Assembly: GCA_963746845.1 (NCBI GenBank) | Contig: CAVVCZ010000004.1 | Location: forward strand, 256,001-320,000 | Length of the DNA: 64,000 nucleotides | Direction: 5' to 3' | From: an uncultured Chloroflexia bacterium | GTDB taxonomy: Bacteria; Chloroflexota; Limnocylindria; Limnocylindrales; CSP1-4 | Shown: in pieces, positions 1 to 9,482 of the stretch | How the letters are laid out: every line of letters begins with the position of its first letter | Position numbering within the stretch: the first letter of the stretch is position 1 | The notes under the pieces: generated by a model | Databases searched by the model: none | Told to the model about the DNA's origin: nothing | What the model saw: the letters and a program-made list of their open reading frames with translations, nothing else | Program-made: the position numbers and the translations under genes

Positions 1-158
1 GGGAGGTGCTCGTGTACACGGCGGACGTCGCGGCAACGATCGGCGCCGTGATCGCCGCCGCCGAGGCCGTCGGCGTCGAGCCGGCCAACCTCGGCGTGCG
101 GCGGGCCACCCTCGAGGACGTCTTCCTCGAGCTGACCGGCCGGGCTCTCCGGGACTAG
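1..158 (+). CDS. ABC transporter ATP-binding protein, C-terminal fragment (runs off window start)
   Basis: Frame from nt 3 reads ...GVRRATLEDVFLELTGRALRD*, the typical DrrA-type C-terminus; directly upstream of an ABC-2 permease. Confidence 0.85.
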   Translation, partial: EVLVYTADVAATIGAVIAAAEAVGVEPANLGVRRATLEDVFLELTGRALRD

Positions 159-166
159 CCGGACCG

Positions 167-1249
167 ATGCGCGCGCTCCTGCTTCTGACCGAGGCGAACA
201 TCAAGAGCTTCACGCGCGACCGTGCGGCGCTCTTCTGGACCCTGGCGTTCCCGCTGATCTTCGTCGTCCTCTTCGGGTCGATCTTCTCGGGCGGCAACAA
301 CGACCGAACGATCGGGTTCGCCGACCTGGACGGCAGCGCGACTTCGCAGAAGCTGGCCGACGCGTTCGCCGCGGTCGACGGGGTGAAGCTGGAGACGGGC
401 GATCCGACCGAGCTCCAGGCGAAGATGAAGGACGGCCAGCTGTCGGCGGTCATCGTCGTCCCGAAGGGGTTCGAGGCGACCGTCACGTCGAAGACGGCCC
501 CGGCCCAGGTGACGATCTACACCGATCCGAGCCAGAGCGCGGCCGATGGCGCCACCCGGCAGCTCGTCGGGTACGTGCTCGCCGCCGTGAACCAGCAGGC
601 GGCCGGCGTGCCGCCCGCGGTCCTGCCGACGTTCGCGGCGATCCAGACGAACGACCTCTCGTTCATCTCGTACCTCGTGCCGTCGATCCTCGGGATGTCC
701 CTCATGCAGGTCGGGATCTTCGCCGCGATCCCGCTCGTCGCCGACCGCTCGAAGCTGATCCTCAAACGCCTCCAGGCGACGCCGCTGCGGCGCTGGCAGC
801 TGGTCGGCAGCAACGTGCTGATGCGCCTGCTGATCGCCGTCATCCAGACGATCATCATCGTCGGCGTCGGGGCCACGTTCTACGGCGTCGAGATCGCGGG
901 GTCGTGGTGGATGATCTCCGGCCTGATCCTGCTCGGGTCGGTGACGTTCATCGCCTTCGGCTACGTCATTGCGTCCTTCGCCAAGACGGAAGACGCCGCG
1001 AACGCGATGACGAGCGCCGTCCAGTTCCCGCTGATGTTCCTGTCGGGGACGTTCTTCCCGATCGCGGCGATGCCGGACGCCCTCAAGGCGGTCGCCCGGA
1101 TCCTGCCGCTCACGTACCTGAATGACGCCCTGCGGCAGGTCATGGTCGACGGGACGCCGTTCGCGCCGCTCTGGTTCTGCGTCGCGTTCCTGTTCGCCTG
1201 GCTCTTCGGCTGCCTGGCCATCGCCGCCCGCTACTTCAAGTGGCAGTAA
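167..1249 (+). CDS. ABC-2 type transporter permease
   Basis: N-terminal TM, extracytoplasmic loop, multiple TMs, FLSGTFFPI...LPLTY motif. Confidence 0.92.
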   Translation: MRALLLLTEANIKSFTRDRAALFWTLAFPLIFVVLFGSIFSGGNNDRTIGFADLDGSATSQKLADAFAAVDGVKLETGDPTELQAKMKDGQLSAVIVVPKGFEATVTSKTAPAQVTIYTDPSQSAADGATRQLVGYVLAAVNQQAAGVPPAVLPTFAAIQTNDLSFISYLVPSILGMSLMQVGIFAAIPLVADRSKLILKRLQATPLRRWQLVGSNVLMRLLIAVIQTIIIVGVGATFYGVEIAGSWWMISGLILLGSVTFIAFGYVIASFAKTEDAANAMTSAVQFPLMFLSGTFFPIAAMPDALKAVARILPLTYLNDALRQVMVDGTPFAPLWFCVAFLFAWLFGCLAIAARYFKWQ

Positions 1250-1257
1250 CCGAAGAA

Positions 1258-1377
1258 ACGCCCCTCCAGGGGCGCCGAGGCCAAGGCGGCGGCGAGCACC
1301 GGAGCGAGCGCACTTCAGGGTGCGTGAGCGAGGAGCGGAGTCGCCAACGCGGGCATCGGTGCATCCTGGAGGGGCGT
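1258..1377. repeat. Palindromic REP/MITE-like element between convergent genes
   Basis: Perfect 13-bp terminal inverted repeat ACGCCCCTCCAGG (1258-1270) / CCTGGAGGGGCGT (1365-1377) with nested internal stems. Confidence 0.6.
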
Positions 1378-1916
1378 CACCAGCGCTCGTCGTGGACGAT
1401 GTCAGCGAGGGCGACCCGCCCGCCGGCCTTGTTCGGCCGGGTGAGGTCGTCGGGGTCCGCCGGGTAGCCGAACGAGAGCAGGTACTCGCACCGGTGGTCC
1501 TCCGGGTAGCCGAGGAGCTCACGGGCGAGATCGTGCTCGTAGACCGTCGCCGGGACGCTCCCGATCCCGAGCTCCCAGGCGACCAGCATCATGTTCCCGG
1601 CGGCCATCCCGAGGTCGAACATCACCGAGAGCGGGCTGTCGGCGGCCGTCGGGTCGGGCGTCACGAGCGCCACCGCGACCGACGCTCCGGCGATGTGTCC
1701 GGCCCACGGCCCGACCGCCGCGAGCGCGCGCAGGTGGACCGGGTCCCGGCAGACGATGAAGTGCCAGCGCTGGAGGTTCTTCGAGCTCGCGGCTCGGCGA
1801 CCCGCATTGAGGATCCGGACGAGCTCGTCGGCCTCGATCGGGCGGTCGGAGAACCGCCGGATGACCCGCTTGTGCTCGACGGCGTCCCAGACCGACAGCG
1901 TGGGCTCGCCGTTCAC
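1377..1916 (-). CDS. Nitroreductase family protein
   Basis: KRVIRRF, AASSKNLQRWHF and DLGMAAGNMMLVAWELGIGS motifs; GTG start at 1916 overlaps the upstream stop (GTGA). Confidence 0.9.
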   Translation of the reverse strand: MNGEPTLSVWDAVEHKRVIRRFSDRPIEADELVRILNAGRRAASSKNLQRWHFIVCRDPVHLRALAAVGPWAGHIAGASVAVALVTPDPTAADSPLSVMFDLGMAAGNMMLVAWELGIGSVPATVYEHDLARELLGYPEDHRCEYLLSFGYPADPDDLTRPNKAGGRVALADIVHDERW

Positions 1917-3091
1917 CGCACCACGCCCGCGGGGGGTGGATTGGCGGGGCTGGACCACGTCGCAGCATCGCTTTCGGGGTCCTCGATGTCGGCGATGCCC
2001 TGACCGGCCGCCCGGAACGGAACCGCGAGCGCGACGAGGGAGCGGAGCCCGCCGGGCTCGCGCTGGACCGCCGTCGGCGGGCGGGGCGTGTCGGGCATGC
2101 GATGGGCGTCCGCCGCCGCCGCGGCGGCCGCGGCCTCGTCCGGTATGAGCGGCCCACCGAGGGTCTCGGCCAGGAAGCCCGCGACGACCCGCCGGTACTC
2201 GGGGAACTCGTAGAGCCAGGAGTGCTGGCCGCCCTCGATCGTCAGGGTCCGGACGTTCGCACCCGCCGACTCGGCGATGCCGGCGAGCCGGCGCAGGTGG
2301 GCCACGGGGACCACGGGGTCCGCGGATCCATGGATCAGGAGGATCGGCCGGTCGATCGTCCGCAGCGCCGCGCTCGCGGAGATCTCACCGACGTGATGGC
2401 CACGGGGCCGGAGGTAGACGCGGGTCGTCAGCCAGGCGAGGGGCCAGGCGATGAACCCCGGGAACGGCAGCCGGGCGAGCCGGAACGTCTGGCGGGTCAG
2501 GCGCCACGGGTCGGCGGGTGCCGACGTCGCCACGACCGCGGCGACCCGCGGTTCAGCGGCGGTCGCGAGGATCGCCCCGATCGCCCCCATCGAGTGCCCG
2601 GCGATCGCCCCGGTCGTCACCTCGGGCCGGGCGTCGAGCGCATGGAAGGCTGCCAGCGCATCCGACCCGAACTCGCCGGCGGTGATCGGCAGGCTCTCGG
2701 CGGCATTGGCGCCGTGGCCGCGGACGTCGATCGCGAGGCAGTGGAAGCCCGCGGCGTGGAGGAAGACGGCCATCGGCAGGAGCCGGTCGCGGGCGGACTC
2801 CCAGCCGTGGACCAGGGCGACCCCGGGTCCCGGCTTGCCGCCTCGGGCGGGGATGAACCAGCCCGGCAGCGTCAGGTCGCCGGACGGCACGTCGACGGCC
2901 TCGAAGGGAAGACCGAGGTCCGCGGGCGTGATCTGCGGTGGACGCGGGACGGGAAAGCCGGCCCGGACGCGATACAGGACCGCGAAGCGATAGGCGAGGG
3001 CGAACGGGGCGGCGCCGATCGCGGCGACGAGGCCCGCCCGGCGGAGGGTCGGCACCTCGCTATGGGACGGCCCACCGGCCGCCCCTGTCAA
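1913..3091 (-). CDS. Alpha/beta hydrolase with N-terminal membrane anchor (start may be GTG 3055)
   Basis: HGWES, GHSMG nucleophile elbow, HGSADPVVP, GGQHS. Confidence 0.88.
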   Translation of the reverse strand: MTGAAGGPSHSEVPTLRRAGLVAAIGAAPFALAYRFAVLYRVRAGFPVPRPPQITPADLGLPFEAVDVPSGDLTLPGWFIPARGGKPGPGVALVHGWESARDRLLPMAVFLHAAGFHCLAIDVRGHGANAAESLPITAGEFGSDALAAFHALDARPEVTTGAIAGHSMGAIGAILATAAEPRVAAVVATSAPADPWRLTRQTFRLARLPFPGFIAWPLAWLTTRVYLRPRGHHVGEISASAALRTIDRPILLIHGSADPVVPVAHLRRLAGIAESAGANVRTLTIEGGQHSWLYEFPEYRRVVAGFLAETLGGPLIPDEAAAAAAAADAHRMPDTPRPPTAVQREPGGLRSLVALAVPFRAAGQGIADIEDPESDAATWSSPANPPPAGVVR

Positions 3092-3135
3092 GCGTGCGGG
3101 CGTGTCGGTCCGGACGCGGCCGATATCATCGACGC

Positions 3136-3903
3136 GTGGCCAAGCGCGATCCGCACGCCGTCCTCGGCATCGAGCCCGGGGCGTCGCCGACCCAGATCAA
3201 GGCGGCATGGCGCCGGCTCGCCCGCCAGCATCACCCCGACCTGATCGGCGACGATCCGGCCGCGTCCCGGGTCGCTACGCGGCAGATGGCCGAGATCAAC
3301 GAGGCCTATGCGGCCCTGACGCGGGCCGACGGGGTCCAGGGCAGTCGATGGCGCGACGGTGCGGCGGGGACGAGAACCGGGCCTGGAGGCGACGACGGCG
3401 CCGCCGGTTCGACCGGCGCCCGGCGCGGCGGTCCCCCGCGACCGCGTCCTTCGCGTCCCGTGACCGCCCGCGTCGACACGACGGAGACCTTCCGCCCGCG
3501 CAACCAGCCGCTCCGACCGGCGACGGCGACCGGCGGCGCCGCGAGCCCGCTGCCCGGCCAGCCGCCGTACCGGGTTCCGATCGACGAGCGGGAGCCGCCG
3601 CGCGCCAGCACGCCGACCGGACCCCTTGCTCGGTCGCGGATCCGCAACTTCCGTCGCCCGGCCGGTCCGCCGCTGGGCGATGCCCTCGATGTCGAGCTGG
3701 CGTTCGGCAAGTTCCACGGGCACACCCTCGGCCAGGTCGCGGCATTCGAGCCGTCCTACATCGACTGGCTGGCGGCGACGATCACCCGCGACCCCGAGCT
3801 CGTCGCGGCCGCCCGCGTCGTCCGGGACGATCTCGACGACCGGGGTGTCGTCCGGCGGTCGCGTCCGCCGACGACTACGGCGAGGACCGGCCAGACCGCC
3901 TGA
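3136..3903 (+). CDS. J-domain protein with a C-terminal FGK-x-G...YIDWL (DUF3820-like) domain
   Basis: DPHAVLGI...AWRRLARQHHPD J-domain with HPD; C-terminal LAFGKFHGHTLGQV...SYIDWL; TATCAT 6 nt before the GTG. Confidence 0.85.
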   Translation: MAKRDPHAVLGIEPGASPTQIKAAWRRLARQHHPDLIGDDPAASRVATRQMAEINEAYAALTRADGVQGSRWRDGAAGTRTGPGGDDGAAGSTGARRGGPPRPRPSRPVTARVDTTETFRPRNQPLRPATATGGAASPLPGQPPYRVPIDEREPPRASTPTGPLARSRIRNFRRPAGPPLGDALDVELAFGKFHGHTLGQVAAFEPSYIDWLAATITRDPELVAAARVVRDDLDDRGVVRRSRPPTTTARTGQTA

Positions 3904-3921
3904 GGGTCACACCGCCGGACA

Positions 3922-4157
3922 TGAAACGATCGCCTCCGGATACCCGGATGGCGATCGTTGAGATGGCGACGGTGACGTTCGAGCGATGAGCTCTGCCGTA
4001 TCGCGGCTCGGGCCTGCTGGCCGATGATCCGTGGTTACTCGGCTCGTGGCCTGGATCCGGGATCCGCGGCGCTCCAACCGTCATGGAGAACCGAAGGCCG
4101 TTCCCTGGCCCGTGACCGACGCCCCAGGTTGTCCCCGAGTGTGTCGCGTTACGGCAC
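3922..4157 (-). ncRNA. Putative structured ncRNA, 6S (SsrS)-like rod
   Basis: 5' TGCCGTA-A-CGCG..CTCGGG pairs with 3' CCCGAG-C-CGCG-A-TACGGCA, closing 3994-4156; internal stems; promoter upstream and terminator downstream; no credible ORF. Confidence 0.5.
3925..3959. terminator. Intrinsic terminator hairpin (short U-tail on - strand; could be bidirectional)
   Basis: AACGATCGCC-TCCGG-ATAC-CCGGA-T-GGCGATCGTT. Confidence 0.65.
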
Positions 4158-4163
4158 GGTGCA

Positions 4164-4193
4164 ACCCTACGCCCGATGGATCACCCGGCTCAA
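4164..4193 (-). promoter_or_regulatory. Sigma70-type promoter for the putative ncRNA
   Basis: TTGAGC-N18-TAGGGT; predicted start ~4157 coincides with the 5' end of the closing stem. Confidence 0.5.
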
Positions 4194-4335
4194 TGGGCGA
4201 TCCGTCCCGGACGGCCTGCGGCGATGGTCGGGCGCACGAGCGCACCAATCCGGGACGGCCGTACCAGGTGCCAGGTGGCACCACCCCGCAACGGGTGAAC
4301 GGCGCTGATCGGGGCGCTCGTGTGGGGCCACGCCC

Positions 4336-5619
4336 TCAGAGGACGTCATGCCGGCCGGCTGTCATCGGCCGGTCGAGACGGAACGGGTTGGCCCCCGGGA
4401 CGTCGGCCCGCAACCCCCACGCGGGCCCGCTCGGGCGGCCGCTGATTGCGTCGAGCAGAAGCCGGCTGCCGCCGCCGCTGCCCATCACCCCGTGGCCGCT
4501 CCACCCGCCGTTCAGCCACAGCCCCTCGATTCGCGTGGCGCCGACGAACGGGCGATGGTCGGGCGTGTACTCGTACTGGCCGGCCTGGATCACCCAGGTG
4601 ACACCCCGCTCCCAGAGATCGGCCCAGAACGGGGCGACGGCCGCGAGGCTGTCCGGCGAGGCGGGATCCAGCAGCCGGAAGGCAAAGTCGGCCGAGGTCG
4701 GCACGCTCCAGACCGGGTCGCTCGCCGGCGTGCCCCCCTCGGTCAACAGGGCGAACGCGCCCCGGAGCGCCGGTCGCCAGTGGGCGCCGGTGGACTCGTC
4801 GATCGTCATCGGGGCGTCCTGGGGCACGTCCGGGGCGTCGGCGATGACGACCTTCTGCCGGCGGGTCGGTGCGATCGGGACCTCGACGCCCGCGAGCGCG
4901 GCGGTCCGGCCGAGGAACGGACCCGTCGCGAGGATGACGATGGGTGCGGCGACCGCTCCGTCATGGGTCTGGACTGCGACGATCCGGTCCGCAACCACCC
5001 GCAGCTCCGTGACGCGCTGGCCGAAGGCGAACGTCGCGTCGGCGGCGCCGGCCGGCCGGTCCACGCCCGGGCCGCCGGACGCGGCGAGCGCGTAGCCCCA
5101 CGCGAGCCGGACCTGGTCGATGAACCCGTCGCCCGCCCGGAAGCGCGCCTGGAGAACCGTGTCCGCGACATACGGGAACCGTCGCCGCACTTCGTCGCCG
5201 TCGAGCAGCTCCACGTCGTCGAGGCCGAACGCCCGCTGCCGCCCGACCAGGTCGCGCTGGCGTGCCACCGCCTCGTCGTCGAGCGCGCAGAACAGGTAGC
5301 CCTGCTTGCGCAACCCGAGGTCGTACCCGGGCAGTCCGGCCCGGTCCGCGAACGCCTCGTACAGCTCGATCCCCTCGCGGACGAGGGCCACCTCCTCGGG
5401 GTTGTCGAACTGGAGGCGGAAGGCGCCGGTCGCGGCGGGCGTCGTCAGCGTCGCCGGCCGCGGCCGGGCATCGAGGACGACGGTCCGGTAGCCGGCGCGC
5501 GCGGCCCGGAACGCGGTGGCGCAGCCGACGACCCCGGCGCCGACGACGACGACGTCGGCCGTCGCGGGGAGCAGGTCGGTCGTCCGCAACCGGAACGCGC
5601 CGAGGGGCTGTGGCGGCAT
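4336..5619 (-). CDS. FAD-dependent oxidoreductase (DAO / sarcosine oxidase beta-like)
   Basis: VVVVGAGVVG Rossmann motif, YEYTPDHRPFVG, GWSGHGVM. Confidence 0.9.
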   Translation of the reverse strand: MPPQPLGAFRLRTTDLLPATADVVVVGAGVVGCATAFRAARAGYRTVVLDARPRPATLTTPAATGAFRLQFDNPEEVALVREGIELYEAFADRAGLPGYDLGLRKQGYLFCALDDEAVARQRDLVGRQRAFGLDDVELLDGDEVRRRFPYVADTVLQARFRAGDGFIDQVRLAWGYALAASGGPGVDRPAGAADATFAFGQRVTELRVVADRIVAVQTHDGAVAAPIVILATGPFLGRTAALAGVEVPIAPTRRQKVVIADAPDVPQDAPMTIDESTGAHWRPALRGAFALLTEGGTPASDPVWSVPTSADFAFRLLDPASPDSLAAVAPFWADLWERGVTWVIQAGQYEYTPDHRPFVGATRIEGLWLNGGWSGHGVMGSGGGSRLLLDAISGRPSGPAWGLRADVPGANPFRLDRPMTAGRHDVL

Positions 5620-5638
5620 CGCGCCGTATCATCGCCCC

Positions 5639-6361
5639 ATGCCCCCTCGTTCGCGACCTGGTTCTCGCATGGCCGCAGCCCGCCTCCGTGGGGGCCTCGT
5701 GCTGGCCGTCGCCCTCGTCGCGCTCGCCGTGGCCGGCTGCGGGAGCAACTTCGATCCGACCGGTCCGTGCACGAGCGACGGACGGGCCCCGGGCGCGTAC
5801 CCGGAGCTGGAATCGGTCATCCCGAAGACCTTCCGGGGCGGTCCGCCGCGCCAGCTCGACTCGGGCCGCACGTGCTCCACGGATGGGCTCGCGACGCTGA
5901 AGCCGCACGGGATCGACGAGCTGCACTACGCAGGTGCCGTCTGGGACACCGGCGACGACAGCGGCATCTCCCTCGCGACGTTCCGGAGCGGCGGTACGAC
6001 CGCCCTGCGGCCGGAGTGGGTCAGCGAGTTCTACGAGACGGGAGCTCGGAACGGCAAGAACGTCACGAGCGTCAACACGGCGCCGTACCCCGTCGCTCCG
6101 GGCATCAGCGGAACCAAGACCGACGTGCTCAACGACGAGTCGTACCAGAGCGTCGTGATCTGGGAGCGGGGAGGGCGCATCGAGATCGCGCTGATCGCCG
6201 ACTTCATCCGCGAGATCCAGACCCGCGAGGCGCACGAGAAGGTCGTTCGCGAAGCGGTCGATGCGTGGCTCACCGCCGACGGCATCCTGCCGAGCCCCGC
6301 AGCATCGCCGATGCCGAGTTCAGGGGCGCCCGCCTCGGCGACGCCGTCAGGAGGCGAGTGA
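5639..6361 (+). CDS. Hypothetical lipoprotein
   Basis: Signal peptide with lipobox LAVAG-C; TATCAT 6 nt before the ATG. Confidence 0.75.
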   Translation: MPPRSRPGSRMAAARLRGGLVLAVALVALAVAGCGSNFDPTGPCTSDGRAPGAYPELESVIPKTFRGGPPRQLDSGRTCSTDGLATLKPHGIDELHYAGAVWDTGDDSGISLATFRSGGTTALRPEWVSEFYETGARNGKNVTSVNTAPYPVAPGISGTKTDVLNDESYQSVVIWERGGRIEIALIADFIREIQTREAHEKVVREAVDAWLTADGILPSPAASPMPSSGAPASATPSGGE

Positions 6362-6362
6362 C

Positions 6363-6575
6363 ATGTTGAGATGGGCCCTCCGGTTCTTCCTGATCCGGGT
6401 CCTCCCGGGTCGGGTGATCCTGCTCATGAGCCTGGCCGATTTGTTCTTCCTCATCCGATCCCTCCGACGCCGCGCCCGGCCGCTCTTCTCGGGCGATGGC
6501 GGGACCGCGGAGACGGGGCGGCCGGGGAGGGCATCCGGCGTCGATCAGGCGGCGCCTCGTCCCCGCCGGGGCTGA
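6363..6575 (+). CDS. Small hypothetical membrane-associated protein
   Basis: GGAGG upstream, hydrophobic N-terminal half, abuts the previous stop. Confidence 0.5.
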   Translation: MLRWALRFFLIRVLPGRVILLMSLADLFFLIRSLRRRARPLFSGDGGTAETGRPGRASGVDQAAPRPRRG

Positions 6576-6632
6576 TCCGGGGCGCTGACCCGGGCCATCG
6601 GGCCGACCCACCCCCCGTGCTAGCGTAGGCCC

Positions 6633-8399
6633 ATGACCTGGTCGGCCCGGAAGCGCGCGTGGGAGGCTCGCCGGCTGGCGCCGGCGATGGAGCGCGCGCC
6701 GGAGCGGAAGCCGCGGTTCTCCACGATCAGCGACACGACCGTGGATCGGCTGTACGGCCCGTGGTCGTGGAGTCCCGCGCCGGACGGCAGCCCGGCCGGT
6801 GGCGGCGGTCCGACCCGCCTCGATCAGCACGGGGGACACCTCCGTCCGGAGCCGGGACGCTGGGACGACCTGGACCCGCTCCGGGACATCGGCCTGCCCG
6901 GTGAGCCGCCGTTCACCCGGGGCATCCACCCGACGGGCTACCGGAGCCGGCTGTGGACCATGCGGATGTTCGCCGGGTTCGGCGCGGCCGAGGACACGAA
7001 CGGCCGCTTCCGGTCGCTGCTGGCCGCCGGCCAGACGGGCCTGTCCATCGCCTACGACATGCCGACCCTGTACGGCTACGACACCGACGACCCGGAGGCC
7101 GAGGGCGAGTTCGGGACGTGCGGCGTGGCAGTGAGCAGCCTGGCCGACATGGAGGTCCTGCTCGCCGGTCTGCCGCTCGACCGCGTCAGCACGTCGATGA
7201 CGATCAATGCGCCCGCGGCCCCGATCTGGGCGATGTACATCGTGGCAGCCGAGAAGGCGGGCGTGCCCCGCGGGGTGCTCGAGGGAACGACCCAGAACGA
7301 CATCCTCAAGGAGTTCGTGGCGCAGAAGGAGTTCCTCTTCCCGATCGAGCCGTCGATGCGGCTCGTGACGGATACGATCGAGTTCGGGACGCGCGAGCTG
7401 CCGCGCTGGAACACGGTCTCGATCAGCGGCTACCACATCCGGGAGGCCGGCTCCACCGCGATCCAGGAGCTGGCGTTCACGATCGCCGACGGGATGGCCT
7501 ACGTCGAGGCGTGCCTGGAACGCGGGCTGCGCATCGACGACTTCGCGCCGCGCCTCAGCTTCTTCTTCAACTCCCACAGCGACTTCTTCGAGGAGATCGC
7601 CAAGTTCCGGGCGTCGCGACGGATCTGGTTCAAGCTGATGACGGAGCGCTACCACGCGGAGAGCGAGCGCTCGACCTGGATGCGCTTCCACACCCAGACC
7701 GCGGGCGTGTCGCTGACGCCGCAGCAGCCGCTGAACAACCTGACCCGGGTCGCGACCCAGGCGCTCGCGGCGATCCTCGGCGGGACCCAGTCGCTCCACA
7801 CGGACGCGTACGACGAGGCCCTTGCCGTGCCGACCGCCGAGGCCGCCCTCCTGGCGCTCCGCCAGCAGCAGATCCTTGCGGAGGAGACCGGCGTCGCCAA
7901 CACGATCGATCCGCTCGGCGGGAGCTGGTTCGTCGAGGCGCTGACGAACGAGACCGAGCGCGAAGTCTGGCGCTATCTCGACGAGATCGACCGCCGCGGG
8001 GGCATGGTCGCCGCGGTCGCCGAAGGCTATCCCCAGCACGAGATCGCGGACGCGGCCTATCGCTTCCAGCGCGAGTTCGACGCGGGTGAGCGGCGGATCG
8101 TCGGGGTCAACGCGTACGTCGACGACGCGGAGGACACCCCCATCCCGGTCCTTGCCGTCCCGCCGGGCTCGCTCGAGGCGCACCTCGCCCGGCTCGACCG
8201 GACGCGCCGCGAACGCGACGCTGGCGCGGTGGAGAGCGCCCTTGCCGGGCTGCGGGACGCGGCCTCGCACCCCGGGTCCTCGGACACGAACCTGATGCCG
8301 CACTTCATCCGGTGTGCCGCCGCCTATGCGACGCTCGGCGAGCAATGCGGCGTCCTGCGCGGCGTCTTCGGGGAGTACCGCGAACCGGTGCTGGTCTAG
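6633..8399 (+). CDS. B12-dependent acyl-CoA mutase large subunit (methylmalonyl-CoA mutase family; isobutyryl-CoA mutase-like signature)
   Basis: [55 protein letters not shown]; no fused B12-binding domain. Confidence 0.95.
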   Translation: MTWSARKRAWEARRLAPAMERAPERKPRFSTISDTTVDRLYGPWSWSPAPDGSPAGGGGPTRLDQHGGHLRPEPGRWDDLDPLRDIGLPGEPPFTRGIHPTGYRSRLWTMRMFAGFGAAEDTNGRFRSLLAAGQTGLSIAYDMPTLYGYDTDDPEAEGEFGTCGVAVSSLADMEVLLAGLPLDRVSTSMTINAPAAPIWAMYIVAAEKAGVPRGVLEGTTQNDILKEFVAQKEFLFPIEPSMRLVTDTIEFGTRELPRWNTVSISGYHIREAGSTAIQELAFTIADGMAYVEACLERGLRIDDFAPRLSFFFNSHSDFFEEIAKFRASRRIWFKLMTERYHAESERSTWMRFHTQTAGVSLTPQQPLNNLTRVATQALAAILGGTQSLHTDAYDEALAVPTAEAALLALRQQQILAEETGVANTIDPLGGSWFVEALTNETEREVWRYLDEIDRRGGMVAAVAEGYPQHEIADAAYRFQREFDAGERRIVGVNAYVDDAEDTPIPVLAVPPGSLEAHLARLDRTRRERDAGAVESALAGLRDAASHPGSSDTNLMPHFIRCAAAYATLGEQCGVLRGVFGEYREPVLV

Positions 8400-8415
8400 C
8401 GGCTAGGATCGCGCC

Positions 8416-8901
8416 ATGTACTTCGAAGCCCTGTCATTCCTCGAGGACGAGCGCGACGCGTGGCGGCCGTACGAGGCCCTGGCGGCGCTGACCGACGAGC
8501 AGCTCGAGGCGCCGGTCGCGGCCGCCCACGGCTGGTCCGGGCGCGACCTCATGGGTCACCTGCTGCATGGGCAGCAGCTGTCGCTCGATGTCGCGCGGGA
8601 GCTGGCGGTGGGTGAGGGGTCGCCGTCGCGCGAGCGGGCGGACGCGGACTGGGAGACGCGGGGCGAAGACGTCGTCAACGCCGAGGCCCTTGCTGCCTGG
8701 GCCGCGAAGCCGATGGACGAGGTCCGCGCGGAATTCGCCCGCGTCGCCGGGGAGCTGCGCGGCTACCTGACGGTCGTGCCCGAGACGCGCTGGGTCAAGA
8801 ACGCGGACGAGCAGCAGTTCTTCTACTCGGAAACGATCGAGCACTACGACGATCACCAGGCGGACCTGGCGGCCGTCCTCGAGGCGGCCGGCGCCGGATG
8901 A
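8416..8901 (+). CDS. DinB/MDMPI-like four-helix-bundle protein
   Basis: GWSGRDLMGHL and EHYDDH motifs. Confidence 0.75.
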   Translation: MYFEALSFLEDERDAWRPYEALAALTDEQLEAPVAAAHGWSGRDLMGHLLHGQQLSLDVARELAVGEGSPSRERADADWETRGEDVVNAEALAAWAAKPMDEVRAEFARVAGELRGYLTVVPETRWVKNADEQQFFYSETIEHYDDHQADLAAVLEAAGAG

Positions 8902-9239
8902 CCGACGACGAGCCCGTCTCGGACCTCACCCTCCTCGATGTCCTGGTGGCGGCCGGCGAGGGCCTCGAGGGCATTCGGAGCATCGACGAGGGCACGGCCG
9001 TGAGCTGGTCGGCGTGCGACCAGACGTTCGCGGCCCTGGACGACCGAGGTGCCGAATTCCGCCTGGACCCGATGGTCGCCCGGGCGGCCCTGCGTACGCC
9101 GGACACGGCTCCGTCCGGACGCGGGCCGGACTGGGTCGCCTTCGCGCCGGCAGTGCTCGACGACGGCGCCGTCGATCGGGCCGAGGCCTGGTTCCTCAGC
9201 GCACACCGACGCGCAACGGCGGCCGGCAGCCGCGGGTAG
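8898..9239 (+). CDS. Hypothetical protein
   Basis: ATGA overlap with the upstream gene; genome-like codon usage. Confidence 0.65.
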   Translation: MTDDEPVSDLTLLDVLVAAGEGLEGIRSIDEGTAVSWSACDQTFAALDDRGAEFRLDPMVARAALRTPDTAPSGRGPDWVAFAPAVLDDGAVDRAEAWFLSAHRRATAAGSRG

Positions 9240-9242
9240 GCC

Positions 9243-9371
9243 CGCGCCAGTTGCCCCGTGGGCTGGCCACCCAGCGGTCCGAACGACCGCAGCAGACGGC
9301 CGAGGCCCGCCGCGAAGGCCGGAGCAGTCGCACCTGGGCCGCCCAGTGGCCAGGATCGGCGGGTTGGCGCG
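9243..9371. repeat. Long imperfect palindrome between convergent genes
   Basis: Nested arms CGCGCCA/TGGCGCG, CTGGCCAC/GTGGCCAG, GCGGTCC/GGGCCGC. Confidence 0.45.
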
Positions 9372-9482
9372 TCGACGATGCCCGATCCCGGTCGGTTGGG
9401 CCACCAGGTGGACATCCGCTCGGGAATCGAACGACGCCGCCCGGATCGGACGGCGTCGCGCTGTGTGCGGGTTCGACGGGGA

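Noticed and set aside
3875-4084. 69-aa ORF inside the putative ncRNA
   Set aside because: No RBS, atypical composition, runs through the terminator hairpin and overlaps the J-domain gene
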